64,000 nt of DNA from Hypanus sabinus (lineage: Eukaryota), in the NCBI RefSeq assembly GCF_030144855.1, contig NC_082715.1:91078001-91142000 (forward strand), in the 5' to 3' direction. A program made the translations under genes and the position numbers. Below the pieces are notes generated by a model that was not told where the DNA came from, searched no databases, and saw nothing but the letters and a program-made list of their open reading frames with translations. This document shows positions 39,994 to 63,566 of this stretch, piece by piece (the first letter of the stretch is position 1; the number at the start of each line of letters is the position of its first letter).

Positions 39994-40897
39994 TTGTCCT
40001 GTGTTTAGGCTAGCATTAAATTGGGGATTTAATGTAAGTTGTCCCGTATTTAGGTGTAAAGGGGGTTTCTTTTTTTTTCTTTGTTACAGTGTATGTAATC
40101 AAAATGGCTTCTTTGTTTTGTTAAAAGTAGGAATGCTTCTTTGTTTCGAGAGAGTGCTGGAAGCTTGTTTGGGTTAAAATTTACTGATAATGAGAATTGT
40201 ATTCCTTTGTAAACCAATTGGGATTAATGTTGTTCTTTCTTCTGAGTCTGTAAGCTATTGTTGGCGGGCTTTTGGGCAGATCGGCGCGAGGGGGTGAGAG
40301 AGAGAGGACGCTATGCTGTAAACTGGGTGAGGAATGGACCCCAAGCAGAGGTCCGAGGCCAGGAGGTACTCCGAGGAGAGGAGATGAAGCTAGATGTGCT
40401 TGGCTGACCACTCAGAGGGTCCTGAGCTGCGAGTCGAGGAATTCGGAGGGGATCGAATGGTGGCCAGAAGACTTCAGTAATTGAGCTCCAATGGTTGTGC
40501 ACAAAGTGGTTTGGACTTTGATAAGTTTGGCGCCTTTATTTTTTTTCTTCATATATACTGTGTCGTTATTAATCACTTAGTTATAGTAACCTTTATAAAT
40601 TGTTCTCATTTAATCGCATATGGTGTACTGTCTGGTTTTGGGCGAGGCGGGGACATCACACAGTATCCACACCAGCTGATTACCCAGTTTGACGGGGCCG
40701 AAGGCTGCTCCCCCTAGACGAGAACGAGCTGAGCGAGCCTGAGGCGACCCAGGGGGTTACATAGGCTAGCATTAAATTGGGGATTTAATGTAAATTGTCC
40801 GTTATTTAGGCTAGCATTAAATTGGGGATTTGCTGGGCGGCATGGCTCGAAGGGTCAGAAGGCCCTACTCTGCACTGTATCTCAATAAATAAATAAT
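39994..40897 (+). repeat. SINE 3' part with 45-bp tandem duplication, split by the solo LTR
   Basis: Unit taggctagcattaaattggggatttaatgtaa(g/a)ttgtcc..tatt at 40006 and 40762, partial at 40807; ends (aata)n. Confidence 0.75.
40055..40761. mobile_element. Solo LTR (707 bp)
   Basis: TGTAA...TTACA termini; 4-bp TSD TAGG (40051-40054 / 40762-40765); CpG-rich; no internal coding region. Confidence 0.88.
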
Positions 40898-41619
40898 ATC
40901 TCTAATCTTCCAGCCCAGGCAACATCCTCATATATCCTCTGCACCTTTTCCAATGTGATCAAACCTTTCCTATGGTGTGATGATCAAAATTAAACTCATC
41001 TTTGTACTTTTAGACTTGGGAGATGACACTTCCTTTTGCAACTAGAACTTTGAGCTGCTGACTAACAGAGCACACTAAGCATGTATAGGCAGCAACACCT
41101 CCAAAACAATTATTCTCATCTCTTGTGCTGCACAGAGCTATGTCATCAGATCCTGTGCATTCACAACTGCGTGGCCAGATTCTTCTCTAACTTAATCCAC
41201 AACATTGACGATGCTGCCACCATAAAGCCTTAAATTAAATAAAGATGTCTTAGAGTACATAAAAAAGAATGGGAGCTCAGTGATGTGGGGTCATTGACAA
41301 TCATTCCATCAATGTCTACAAAACAAACAGGTTTTTCGTTTACTCCAGGAAGTGGGGCGGGGGGGGGGGGGGCTGTTGGCAGAGCACACACTCCTGTTCA
41401 CATCCATGGTGCTGAGTTGAAAGGGTTGAAAGTTTCAGATTCCTAGGAGTGAACATTGCCATGGTCCAACCACGTACTGTAGATGACATGGTCATGAAAG
41501 CTCAGCAGTGCCTCAGCTTCCTTAGGAGGATAAAGAAATCTGGCCTGTCCCCTTTGACTCTCAACAATTTTTATTTATACCCCACTGAAAGCATCATGGT
41601 TTAGTATTGCAACTGTTAG

Positions 41620-42990
41620 ACCATAAGATATAGGAGCAGAAATAGACCATTCAGCCCAGAGAGTCTGCCTTGCCATTCTATGATTGCTGATTTATTATCC
41701 CTCCTCAATTCTATTCTCCTGCCTTCTTTCCATAATCTTTGATGCCTGATTAATCAAGAAGCACTTTAGATATATCTAATGCCTTGGCCTCTCCAGCCAT
41801 CTGTGGCAATGAATTCCACAGATTCCCTACCCTCTGGCAAAAAACATTCCCTGTCATCTCTATTATAAATGGATATCCTGCTACTCTAAGGCAATGTCCT
41901 CTGGTCCTAGACTCACCTACTACAACCACTCTATACAGGCCTTCCAATATTCAATAGGTTACAATGAGATCCCCCCCCCCCCATTCTTCTAAATTCCAGC
42001 AGGAAAAGGCCTAGAGCCATCAATTGTTTCTCATACAATAAGCCTTTTATTTCCAGAATCATTCTCATGAAAATACTCAAAACCCTCTCTGATATCAGCA
42101 AATCCTTTCTTAAATAAGGGAACTGAAACTGCTCACGTAAGTGAAACCTCACCAGTGCCTTTTAAAGCCTCAGCATTACATCTTTGCTTTTCTATTTTAG
42201 TTCTCTCAAAATGAATACTTACATTGCATATGACTTCCTCACCACTGACTCAACCTGCAAATTAACCTTTAGGGAATCCTGCATGAGGACTCCCACATCC
42301 TTTTACACCTTGGAGTTTTGAATATTCTCCCCATTTAGAAAATGGTCTACACCTTTATTGCTTCTAACAAAGTGCATAACAATAAACTTCCCTACACTAT
42401 AATCCATCTGCCACTTCTTTGCCTGTCCAAGTTCTGCAGACTCCCCGCTTACTCAACACTGCCAGTCCCTCCACCTATCTTCATATTGTCTGAAAACTTG
42501 GCCACAAAGCCATCAATTACATCATCCATATCATTGACATATAACATGAAAAGAAGTTGTCCCAACACTGACCACCAAGAAACACCACCGAACAGCCAAA
42601 TAGAAAAGACCACCCTTATTCCCCCACTTTGCTTCCAGCCAGTCAGCCAATATCCTATCTATGCTAGTCTCTTTTTTGTAATACTATGGGCACTTATCTT
42701 GTTAAGCTGCCTCATGTGTGCCACCTTGTCAAAGGCTTTCTGAAAATTCAAGTAAACAGCATCCACTGACATTCCTTGTCTATCCTGCTTGTTGTTTCCT
42801 CAAAGAATTCCAGCAGATTTATCAGGCAAGATTTCACCTTAAGGAAACCATGCTGACTTTGGCTTATTTTATCATGTACTTCAAAGCACTCTAAAACCTC
42901 ATCCTTAATAACAACTTCCCAGCCACTGAAGTCATGCTAACTGACCTATAATTCCCTTTCTTTGGCCTCCCTCCATTCTTAAAGAGTGGA
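41620..42990 (-). mobile_element. CR1-type LINE ORF2 (RT + 3' end)
   Basis: Reverse complement encodes KAFDKVAHMRQLNK, GFVAKFSD and the C-terminal RTRGHCLR...NLWNSLP. Confidence 0.88.
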
Positions 42991-43250
42991 GTGATGGATC
43001 CGAATCCGCGTCCAAGTCAAAATCCAAGTTCTGAGTCCAAGTCGAGTCTAAGGCAAATTCAAGTCCAGGTTCCAAGTTCAAGTCCTAGTCCAGGTTTTAC
43101 CGGTTTGTTATCCAATGTTTATGTCCATGTTGACATTTTGTCCTCGCTGCCTGGCCTCCCTAGTAACTATCAATAAACACTGTTCTGTTTATAACTACCT
43201 CTCTGTCTGTGTCCTGCACTTGGGTCTGCTTTCAATGCCCCTGTGTAATA
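42991..43250 (+). mobile_element. Partial LTR-like fragment
   Basis: (cc)aagt micro-repeats, AATAAA at ~43172, then gtgtcctgcacttgggtc resembling U5 ends. Confidence 0.45.
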
Positions 43251-43910
43251 TCAGAAGAGGAAAAAGTGAGCAATCTCAAGTTTCTGGGTGTCAGCATCTC
43301 TGAAAATCTAAAATCTACCCTGGGCACAACATATTAATGAAGTAACAAATAAGGCATGACGGTAGCTATATTTCATTGGGAGTTTGACAAAATTTGGCAT
43401 ATACCCAAAGACACTTGCAAATTTCTATAGATGCACTGTAGAGAGCATTCTAACTGGCTGCATCACTGTCTAGTATGGGGGGGGGGGGGGGCACTGCTCA
43501 TGATTGAAAAAAGCTGCAGAAAGTTGTAAACGCTGTCAGCTCCATCATGGCAATAACCTTGTCAGCATCCAGGACATCTTCAAGAGATAATGCTTCAAAA
43601 AGGCATTGATCATTAGGACCTCTATCACTCTTCTCATTGCTATCATTAAGATGGAGGTCCAGGAACCTGAAGGCATGCACTCAATGATTCAGGAATAGCT
43701 TCTTCCTCTTGGCCATCATGGACATTGAACCCATGAACACTACCTCACTACTTTGTTTTTTTGTACTGCTTATTATTTAATTTAATTTTTAAAAATATAT
43801 ATACTTCTTAATGTAACTTACAGTTTTATTATGTTTTGCAATGTACCACTGCCACATACCAACAAATTTCATGACATATGCCAGTGATACTAAACCTGAT
43901 TCTGATTTGG
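43250..43910 (+). mobile_element. Rex1/Babar LINE 3' fragment
   Basis: tgcactgtagagagcattctaactggctgcatcactg; tail aaacctgattctgatt. Confidence 0.8.
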
Positions 43911-43984
43911 ATTCTTATACTGTACAACTAACTTTATCTTCTCCCTCTGAAACTGCAGAGTGACTTGAAGAATACATCTCACGA

Positions 43985-44820
43985 TACTCTGAACACATCA
44001 TCAGTGATGTAACCTCAGGTCATTGGGTGTTTCAGGTCTTCCAACATCAGACACCCTCACCCAGGCAACGCAGCTGTGGTTGATCAAGCCACGACTTGTG
44101 TTCAGGTAGCATGTGCTGCAGCTCCCCAGTTTCCTGCTCTCTTTATCCAGAGCCATCTTGAAGTTTTTTCTGCTTCTTCTCATGGGCCTTCTCCAAACGT
44201 TCCTTGAACAGCACTGTTAGCTCCAGCAGGATGATGTGTTTTGCTGCCACTGAGACCAGGAAAATGTCTGGTTTCAAGGTAGTTTTGATGATGTGCTGTG
44301 AGACCTTCAGTTGTTTCTCCAGGTCAGTCATGAGCTGCCAGTCGTGAGCAGATGCCAGAATCCCTGTGGGTGGCTTTACTCATGCTTGTGGTTGCTCTCT
44401 GCCTCTCACAAAAACCATGACTCATTTGCATGGTTCAGATTGTTTGCTGTTACTGACACTTAAGAAGATTGCCTCTGCAAGGGTCTTCAATACCTGGTCA
44501 TGTCTCCAACAGTATTGGTCCTCTCCAAGAACTTTCAGGCAGCAGCTCAGGACATACTCAAAGGTTCCCCTCCTTGAACCGGCATCAACCTTCCCCCAGC
44601 TATGCAGGGTTAATGGTCTGGGCAAAATGTCATGTGCCTGGACAAGGAACTTGATTCAGTGTGGCTCTGCTCGCTGTCATGTTACTCTCCTTTCTCTGGC
44701 CTGCTCTCATCTGGTCCAAGCTTCCTGCTGCTTCAAGCCCACTGCTTTGGTAGATCTCTCTTCATCCACAGCTGTTCTTACTTCCTCCTGGATGAGTTTA
44801 CAAAATCTATCATATTATGA
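43985..44820 (-). mobile_element. HERO-like RLE non-LTR retrotransposon 3' fragment
   Basis: LHSWG...RGTFEYVLSCCLKVLGEDQYCWRHDQVLK (degenerate zinc knuckle + RHD) and TTLKPDIFLVS..KHIILLELTV (PD..E restriction-like endonuclease). Confidence 0.8.
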
Positions 44821-46042
44821 TCACTGCCTCTTAAGGGTTCCTTTACTTTAAGCTCCCTAATCAAATCTGGTTCATTAGACAACACCTAATTCAGAATTGC
44901 CTTTCCTTTTGAGGGCTCAACCATAAGCTGGTCTAAAAAGCCATCTCATAGGTGTTCTGATTTTCCCAGTTTACCTGCATATTGAGATCACCATCACTGT
45001 CGTAACATTGCCCTTTTTACATGTATTTTCTTTCTCCTTTTGTAACTTGTAACCCACATCCTGGCTACTGTTCAGAGGCCTGTATATCACACTATCAATG
45101 TCTTTCACACTTGTATTTTCTCAACTCTACACAAAAGGATTCTACACAAGATGTCACCTCTTTCTAAGGTTATGAAAACATGTTTTACTAACAGAGCCAC
45201 CCCACCCTCTCTTCCTACCTTCCTGTCCTTTTGAGAAAAAGTGTATCCTTGGATACTGCATTCAAATATGACATCTTCAGTCCTGGATTCATCACCCTTT
45301 TTGATTTTGCCCCCATGTTACACTTCACCTCATCCCACTGACTGCAATTTTGTCGCATCATCTGCTTGCCCTTCCTCACAGACTCATCTATGTGTATACC
45401 AACTGCTCATCTATTTGTCCTGCCTGTAGAGCGCAAAAAATGCCTGACACAGCTCAGCACTTTGCGAAATTCAACCTCCCCTCCACAGACTCTGCCACAT
45501 TATGACTTTATGCTTTACCCTTTAATTGCACTGCATTTTCTCTGTAACTGTAACCCTTTGTTCTGCATTATGTTGTTATTTTACCTTATACAACTTCAAT
45601 GACTGTTGTAATGAATTGATCTTATGCTATGAGGTGAGGTTGGACATTCTGAGGCTGTTTTCTCTAGAGTGGCAGTTGATACACAGAGAGTAGTGGCTTC
45701 TGAAGTGCACTCCCAGGGGTGTTATGAGAGGCAGATACATAGAAGTGTTTAAGGTACACAGCTATGTGAGGAAGAGAAGGATATGGTCAATGTGTGGGAA
45801 AGAGGAATTAGATTAATTAGGGGTCATTGGTTTAATTGGTTCCACACAACATTGTGGGCCGAGGGGCCTGTCATGCACTGCATTGTTCTATGTTTATGTT
45901 AATTTAAACAAAAATAAAAAATAGCATATAATATTTCAGAATATTTCACTTCTGGTCAATACATTTGCAGAATCAAATTTAATATTACTGACATATGTCC
46001 TAAAATATGTTAACATTGTGGCAGCAGTACAATGCAATATAT

Positions 46043-47387
46043 TTTTATTTTTAGAATCTTTTTATTGATATATAATCTTCAACAGCTATAAAATGATACA
46101 AAATTTCAACAGATTAATATGTATACAATTAATAAAGCTGAAGAAAAAAACTGATCTTAAAATATAAAAAAGGAAAAAAAATATATATATAGGAAAAAGA
46201 AGGGAAAAAAAAGAACCCCATCTAACTAGGGAAAAAACCCCACTAACTACAAAAAAAAACACCCATTAGGAATCAACCCCCCAGAGCAATACATTTGACC
46301 ATCATCTAAATAAATAAAAAAAGTCATCAACCGCCATTTCGTATTTATAAAAAAAATAAAATTGGAAGGATACCATATAACTTAATTCAAATTAAATGAT
46401 AATATTTGGCAAAAGAACCCCAATTTCTATCAAAATCAAATCGAGGATCAAAAATTCTACTTCTAATTTTTTCTAAACTAAGACATAACATCACTTGAGA
46501 AAACCATTCAATTAATGTAGGGGAAGAAATATCTTTCCATTTTAATAAGATAGCCCTTCTTGCCAATAGTGTAACAAATGTGATTACATGGTGATCTGAA
46601 AATGAGATACCCTGAATATGATGCAGAACTATTCCAAATAGAACAGTCAATCTATTAGGTTGTAAATTAATTTTCAAAGCTTTAGAGATTGTAGAAAATA
46701 AAGATTTCCAGAACGATTTTAATGCAGAACATGACCAGAACATATGTGACAAAGTAGCTCCATTACCTTTACAGCTCTCTAAAATTCCAAATTTAAATCT
46801 CTATCTGGTTATTAAACAATCCCTATGGATTTGGGTTCAGTTTCATAATTTTTAAAATTTTAAACAATTTAAGTTATCTAGTTTTTTATATCGAAACTTC
46901 TCATTTAAACCTTCAACAACTGACCCCATTTTTCTTCTATGGAAAAATAAAGAAATTCATTCTTTTACAGCTTTATTTTGTGATGGTTGATTGATGACTT
47001 TTGAGGAGTTAATTAACAAATATTCTCTCACTCATACACATTTTTGCAATATTTTCAGGTTAGGCATTTTTTTACAACATTTACCTAAGTTTCCATATTT
47101 ACAAGAATCTGATTTGTTGGATACCATTTGGAAATTGAATCCCTTAGTGAAAGGTTCCATTAGTAGAATTTATAATTTATTTTTGTTACAAAAAGAGAAC
47201 TTATCACTAAAGATTAAACAAGATTGTGAGAGAGAACTTATTATGACCTTTGTTAATGAAGGTTGGCTTCATGTTTTGAAAAATGTAAATTCTTCTGTAT
47301 GTCCCAACCATTGTTTAATTCAATTTAAAATTGTACACTGTTATTACTTAACAAAGGAGAGACTATCTAAAATATTTCCTAGTATAG
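46043..47387 (-). mobile_element. L1-clade insertion with 5' inversion
   Basis: Minus-strand ORF2 C-terminus (SHMFWSC...) plus 3'UTR/polyA; plus-strand upstream ORF2 piece (...IQFKIVHCYYLT..RLSKIFPS); 16-bp TSD gtacaatgcaatatat 46027-46042 / 47388-47403. Confidence 0.88.
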
Positions 47388-47440
47388 GTACAATGCAATA
47401 TATGATAATAGAAAAAATGTGAACTACAGTGAGTATATAT

Positions 47441-49167
47441 ACAAGCACAGACTGGATCGACCACCAGAAAGCGTACAACTCAATGCCCCATGCATGGTCA
47501 ACAAGACACTAAGGACCTTCATCAAGAACTTGGTGGGCTGTTGGATGACAGTGCTAGAAGTTAACTCAAAGCCAATGGCACAAGTGTCCATCAGATGTGG
47601 AATATACCAGGGTGGTTCATTATCCCCACTGCAGTTCTGCATGGGCTTGAACCCCCTCAGCCAGATCATCTCAAAGAATAGACATGGGCACAGGTTCAGG
47701 AGTGGAGAGATCATCAGCCACCTCGTGTACATGGATGGCATCAAGCTGCATGCCAGAAATGAGACATTGATTCACTAATCCACCTGTCAAGGGTATACAG
47801 CTGAGATATCAGGATGTCATTTAGACTGGAAAAGTGCAGCTGGACAGTCATGAAAAGAGGTAAACTTGTCAAGACTGAAGGATTTGAGTTACCTGAAGAC
47901 CACATGCCAGATGTACAGGACATCTACAAATGCCTAGGTATCTGGCAGGCATATGGAAGCCACGATGGGGACACAAGGAAGGCTGTAACATCCATGTACC
48001 TCCAAAATGTGAGACGTGTCTCAAAAAGCCAGCTGAATGGGAAGAACAAGATCAGAGCCATCAACACATTTTTGCCCAACCAGTCATCAGATAAAAAGCC
48101 ACAAGTTTGCTGGCCAAGTAAAAAACCAAAAACCGTTGACTTAAGACCCGGAAACTCTTACATGGAGGATTCCACCCAAAGTCCAAAGTTGAGTGACCGT
48201 AGGATGGGGACTTGGAAGTGTCAAGGCTATAGTCCAGGAAGGAAAGAGAAACATCTATGAGTATGTGAGGAAGATGGCCCTGAAGGAGGACCTGCTTGGA
48301 GACCTCCTCAGACAGCAGGCAGTGCATATGAAATAGAAGTGGGTGAAGCAGAGCCAGAGGACCAGAGGCCATGGCAGGACAAGCCACTGCACGGGATGTA
48401 CCATCGCCAGTTCTCAGAGGAGGCGGACCTAAGAAATGGCTGGACCTGGCACAGAGGGGCGGCTCCCGGCTGCACAAGAACAGGCGCTGAGCACAAGAGC
48501 AATAGAAACGAGGTCTGTCAAACCAGACAAGACCCAAGATGCAAACTGTGCAAAGAACCTTCTGAAAGCATCCAGCACGTAGCAGCAGGGTGCAAAATGC
48601 GGGCAAAAACAGCATACACTGAATGGCACAGCCAAGATGCAGGAATTATGTACAGGGACAGATGCTCTGAATATGGATTGGACACTCCCAAGTCAAAATG
48701 GGAAACACCTGTGAACGTAAATGGAGAATGACAAAGCTAAGATCATGTGGGTCTTCCAAATACACACTGATAAGGAGGTACTGGCCAATCAACCAGACAT
48801 GGTAGTACTGGACAAGGAACAGAAGAGAGCATTCGTAATGGATGAGGCAATCCTGAATGACGGTAATATCAGGAAGAAAGATATGAGAAGCTGGAGAAAT
48901 ACCAGGGCTTGAAAGAGCAGATGGGGGGATGTGGAGGTTAAAGCCAGAATAATCCTGGTGGTGATAGGAGCACTTGGAGTGTGACACCTGGATAGGGAGG
49001 ATGGCTCCAACAAATCGCAGGAAGAGCATCTGAGATCTCAGTCCAGAAGAGTGCACTGCTAGGAACAGGAAGGATATTGCGCAGAACTCTGAGGCTGCCA
49101 CACCTCCGGTAGAGGACCTGGGATTGAGGGAAGAATACACATATACATTACCCATAAGGTGTGAGAA
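47441..49167 (+). mobile_element. R4-clade (Rex6/Dong-like) RLE non-LTR retrotransposon, 5'-truncated
   Basis: RT: CGIYQGGSLSPLQFC..LNPLS, ISHLVYMDGIKL, YKCLGI. Also WQDKPLHG, CCHC knuckle CKLCKEPSESIQHVAAGC and RLE IMWVFQIHTDKEVLANQPDMVVLDK. Confidence 0.85.
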
Positions 49168-49529
49168 TATAATAGTTAAATTAAAGAAGCAGTGCAAAAA
49201 AATAAAAGTAAAAAGGTAGTGGGGTTGAGTTCATGGGTTCAATGTCCATTCAGAAATCGGAAGAATGTGGAGGTTTTCACAGAGTACAGAAATTTTATTG
49301 GGTTGTAGGAGTGAATGAGAGACTGTGAAATGCAGCGCCATTAGAGGATTTGAACAAATGAATGGACGTATTTTAGTTTGCTCTCCAGGAACTGTGTTGT
49401 TGGATGAATGAGACAGCGCACAATGAAAGGTAATGTTGAGTGTATGGGTGTTGGACATAGCTCATTGTAAATTTGCACGGTTGATTCTGATGACCTCAAA
49501 TCAAAAGAAGATAATCGGAGATTTAGAGT

Positions 49530-49968
49530 CAAGTATCGAAACCAACGGCATCTACACGACACGCTGCATCCGCAAAGCAAACAGCATTATGAAGGACCCC
49601 ATGCACCCCTCATATAAACTCTTCTCCCTCCTGGGAAAAGGCACCGAAGCATTCGGGCTCTCACGACCAGACTATCTAACAGTTTCTTCCCCCAAGCTAT
49701 GAGACTCCTCAATACCCAGAGCCTGGACTAATACCTTACTGCCCTATTGTCCTGTTTGTTATTTATGGTATTGCCTGCACTGTTTTGTGCATTTTATGCA
49801 GTCCTGGGTAGGTCTGTAGTCCAGCGTAGTTGTTTTTTTTAACGTAGTTCAGTCTAGTTTTTGTACTGTGTCATGTAACACCATAGTCCTGAAAAACGTT
49901 GTCTCATTTGTACTATGCACTGTACATAATAGATATGGTCGAAGTGACAATAAAAGTGACTTGACTTT
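49530..49968 (+). mobile_element. Rex1/Babar 3' end abutting the HACE1 promoter
   Basis: IYTTRCIRKANSIMKDPMHPSYKLFSLL; tail aataaaagtgacttgactt. Confidence 0.8.
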
Positions 49969-49969
49969 T

Positions 49970-60714
<10,745 letters not shown>

Positions 60715-61189
60715 TAATGCAGCAAGCTACAATCTGTAATTTTTTCTGTTTACTTTTTGTTAAATGAATATGTGGATTAACACTTTAGAACAGGTGCCTT
60801 TCATGATTTCAGAATATTGAAAGTGATTTATAGGTAAAGATAGGCCTCCTTCCATGTTGCATTCTTTCTGTGAATGAAGAGATCTCTCTTCAAAACTTGC
60901 TTGTTCTACAAAACCAAATAACTGGCAAGATTGGAAAACACACAAAAGATGATCATGTTTTATGCTAACCTGTTTGATGATCTTATTACAAGAAGTTCAG
61001 GTACAACCTACCGCAGACCGTAGGCAATTCCAGGTGAAGTTAGAGACAAAATTGGATGCATGACAGCTGTGGCAGGGTTTGCATTCCATTATTTCTCACA
61101 AGGCGAAGTCTTAACAGCATAAATGGCAGTGGTGCTTCACTCCCTGATGAGTTTTTATGGATAATTTGAAAGGGGGAATAAACATTTGT

Positions 61190-63235
61190 GCGAATCCTCA
61201 CAGCATCTGGTGACCCTGTGATCTGTCTCTGAAGCTGACGTTAGCACATCCTTCAAGAGGGTGAAATCTCACAAGGTGTAATGAGCCAATTACGTACCTG
61301 GCAAGATACTGAAAATCTGTGCTGATCAACTGGGTAGAGTGTTCAATGACACATTGAACCTCTCACTGCTGTAGTTGTAAGTTCCCACCTGCTTCAAGGG
61401 AGCATCATTCATACCAATGCTCGAGGAGAGCAGGGTGAACTGCCTCAACGATTACCAGCTAGTAGCATTCACTTATGTTGTGATGAAGTACCTTGAGAAT
61501 TCGGTCATGGATATAATTAAGTCCTGTCTGAGAAAGAACCTGGACTGATCGCAATTTGCTGAATGCCAAAGGATGTCTACAGCAGACACAATTTCTCTGG
61601 CTCTTAACTCAGCCTTATTGATTACAGCTCAGCATTCTATGCAATCATCCCCTCACTACTAACTAACAAACTTTAAAACCTAGGCCTCTGTACCTCTGCT
61701 ACTGCATTATTGGCTTCCTTATCAGGAGACCATAGTCAGTGTGGATCAGTAAGAACATCTCCTTGCTGATAATCAACTCAGGTAAAACACAAGGTGGTGT
61801 GCCTAATCCACTGTTCTACTCTCCCTACACTCTTGACTGTGTGGCTGGGCACAACTCCAATGTCATCTGTAAGTTTGTTGATGGTGATAGTGAGATAAAT
61901 TGGCTGGTTGACTGGTGTCGCAACAATAATCTTACACTCAACATTAGCAAGAGCAAGGAATTGTATACTTGGGGAAGGGTAGGTTGAGAGAATGCACACC
62001 AGTCCGTATTTAGTGGTCAGCAGTTTCAAGTTCTTGGGCATCAACATCTCAGAGGATATGTCAAAGGCTGCACACTTTGATGCAATCACAAAGAAAGCAT
62101 GCCAGCAACTGTGCTTTATTAAGAGTTTGAAGAAATTTGGTATGTCACCAAAAGCTAGCCAGTTTCTATAGAGTTATGCTGGAAATCATTCTGACGGGTT
62201 GTATCACTGCCTGCTATAGAGTCTCCAATGTGCACATTTGGAAGGGACTAGAGAGAAGCGTTTGATGGCTCAGGGCCTGTACTCTGGAGTTTTGAGGAAT
62301 GAGGAGGTATCTTATTGAAACCAATTGAATATTTATTGAAAAGCCTACCATGAATGAATTTGGAGAGGATGTTTCCTATAGTGGGAGGGAGCCTGGACTA
62401 TAGGGTATAGCCATAGAATACAAGGACATCTGTTTAGAACAGAGAGGAGGAATTTCTGTAGCCAGAGCATGGTGAATCTGGAATTCATTGCTATAGATGA
62501 CTGTGGAGGCCAAGTTATAAAGCAGAAGTTGTTAGGTTCTTGATTAGTAAGGGCATCAAAGTTTATGGGAAGAAGAGAAAAGAATAGAGTTGAGAGGGAC
62601 AATAAATCAGCCATGATGGAATGGTGGAGCAAACTCTTTGGGTCAAATGGCCAAATATGTCTTACGGTCTTGTGGACAGGTTGTAGATGTGGCCAGCTCC
62701 ATCATGAGCAAAAGGACATCTTCAAAAGGCAATGCAAGAACCTCAAAGAACCTCACAGTCTGTGACGTGCCTCTTCTCATTTCTGCCATCAGGGAGGAAG
62801 TACAGAAGCCTGAAAGCACACACTCGGTGTTTTGGAATCAGCTTCTTCCCCTCCGCCATCATATTTATGAATGGTCCTTTAATGCTATCTCATTCTTTCT
62901 CTTTCACACTATGTATTTATTTATTTACGTTATTGTTGTTCTCCACGACCTGTGGCGCATCAGGCAACAACCACGCCGTTTCTTTAGCTTCTTTCTCTAT
63001 TATTTATGACGCTGAGTTGCTAGCTCGATGCTTGACCCAGCATGGATGGAAAGCATGAAAAAAACTGGCCGGGTTCCAACCCGGGATTGCTCGCCTTGAA
63101 GTCTGGTGCAGATGCCACTATGCTACTAGCCGGTTTTTTACTTTGGTGACTTTGTAATTTTTATTTCTTGCACTGCTTCCACAGAACAACAAATTTCACA
63201 GCATATGTAGGTGATAATAAACCTGAATCTGATTT
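61190..63235 (+). mobile_element. Rex1/Babar LINE with nested CR1 tail (~62240-62678) and SINE (62930-63134)
   Basis: CLNDY, TQGGVPNPLFYSPYT, LNISKSKEL, LPSGRKYRSLKAHT; tail aataaacctgaatctgatt. Confidence 0.85.
62930..63134 (-). mobile_element. tRNA-derived SINE
   Basis: Minus-strand head ccggctagtagcatagtggcatctgcaccagacttcaaggcgagcaatcccgggttggaacccggcc with A/B boxes. Confidence 0.7.
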
Positions 63236-63566
63236 TTGGACTGTCTTACACTAAACCACTGTTACACTTGTCATAGAGTAATACAGTACGGAAGTGGGAC
63301 ATCTGGATTTGTGGAAGGGAAATAGTGTCAGATTATTCTGAAATTGAAGATGAAACCAGAATAGATGAATGAGAACCATCTGATATGTATTTGGATTTTC
63401 AAAACGCCACTTGATTATTAAACAGATTTGACATGGGATCATGCACCGAATAGAAGAAAAAGGATTTCATTTTTGAGTTGTGATTAAGTGATGAGTTAGG
63501 TGCTGGAAGCATTGATGGTGATGTGCCTGGTTTTTAGTCTATATCAATAACTGGATGAGGGAATTA

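Noticed and set aside
40006-40830. CRISPR-like or 45-bp TSD interpretation of the repeats
   Set aside because: The units are directly tandem without spacers in a eukaryotic SINE; the true LTR TSD is 4 bp.
44025-44060. CTGATG...GAAAC in HERO-like 3'UTR as a hammerhead
   Set aside because: Core reads CUGAUGU, and there is no NUH triplet with stem I/III in the right register; it is a simple hairpin.
48061-49197. 183-184 aa minus-strand ORFs
   Set aside because: Antisense shadows of the R4-like retroelement coding region.
63066-63134. tRNA gene
   Set aside because: The tRNA-like sequence continues into a repeat body shared with 5915-6115; it is a SINE head.
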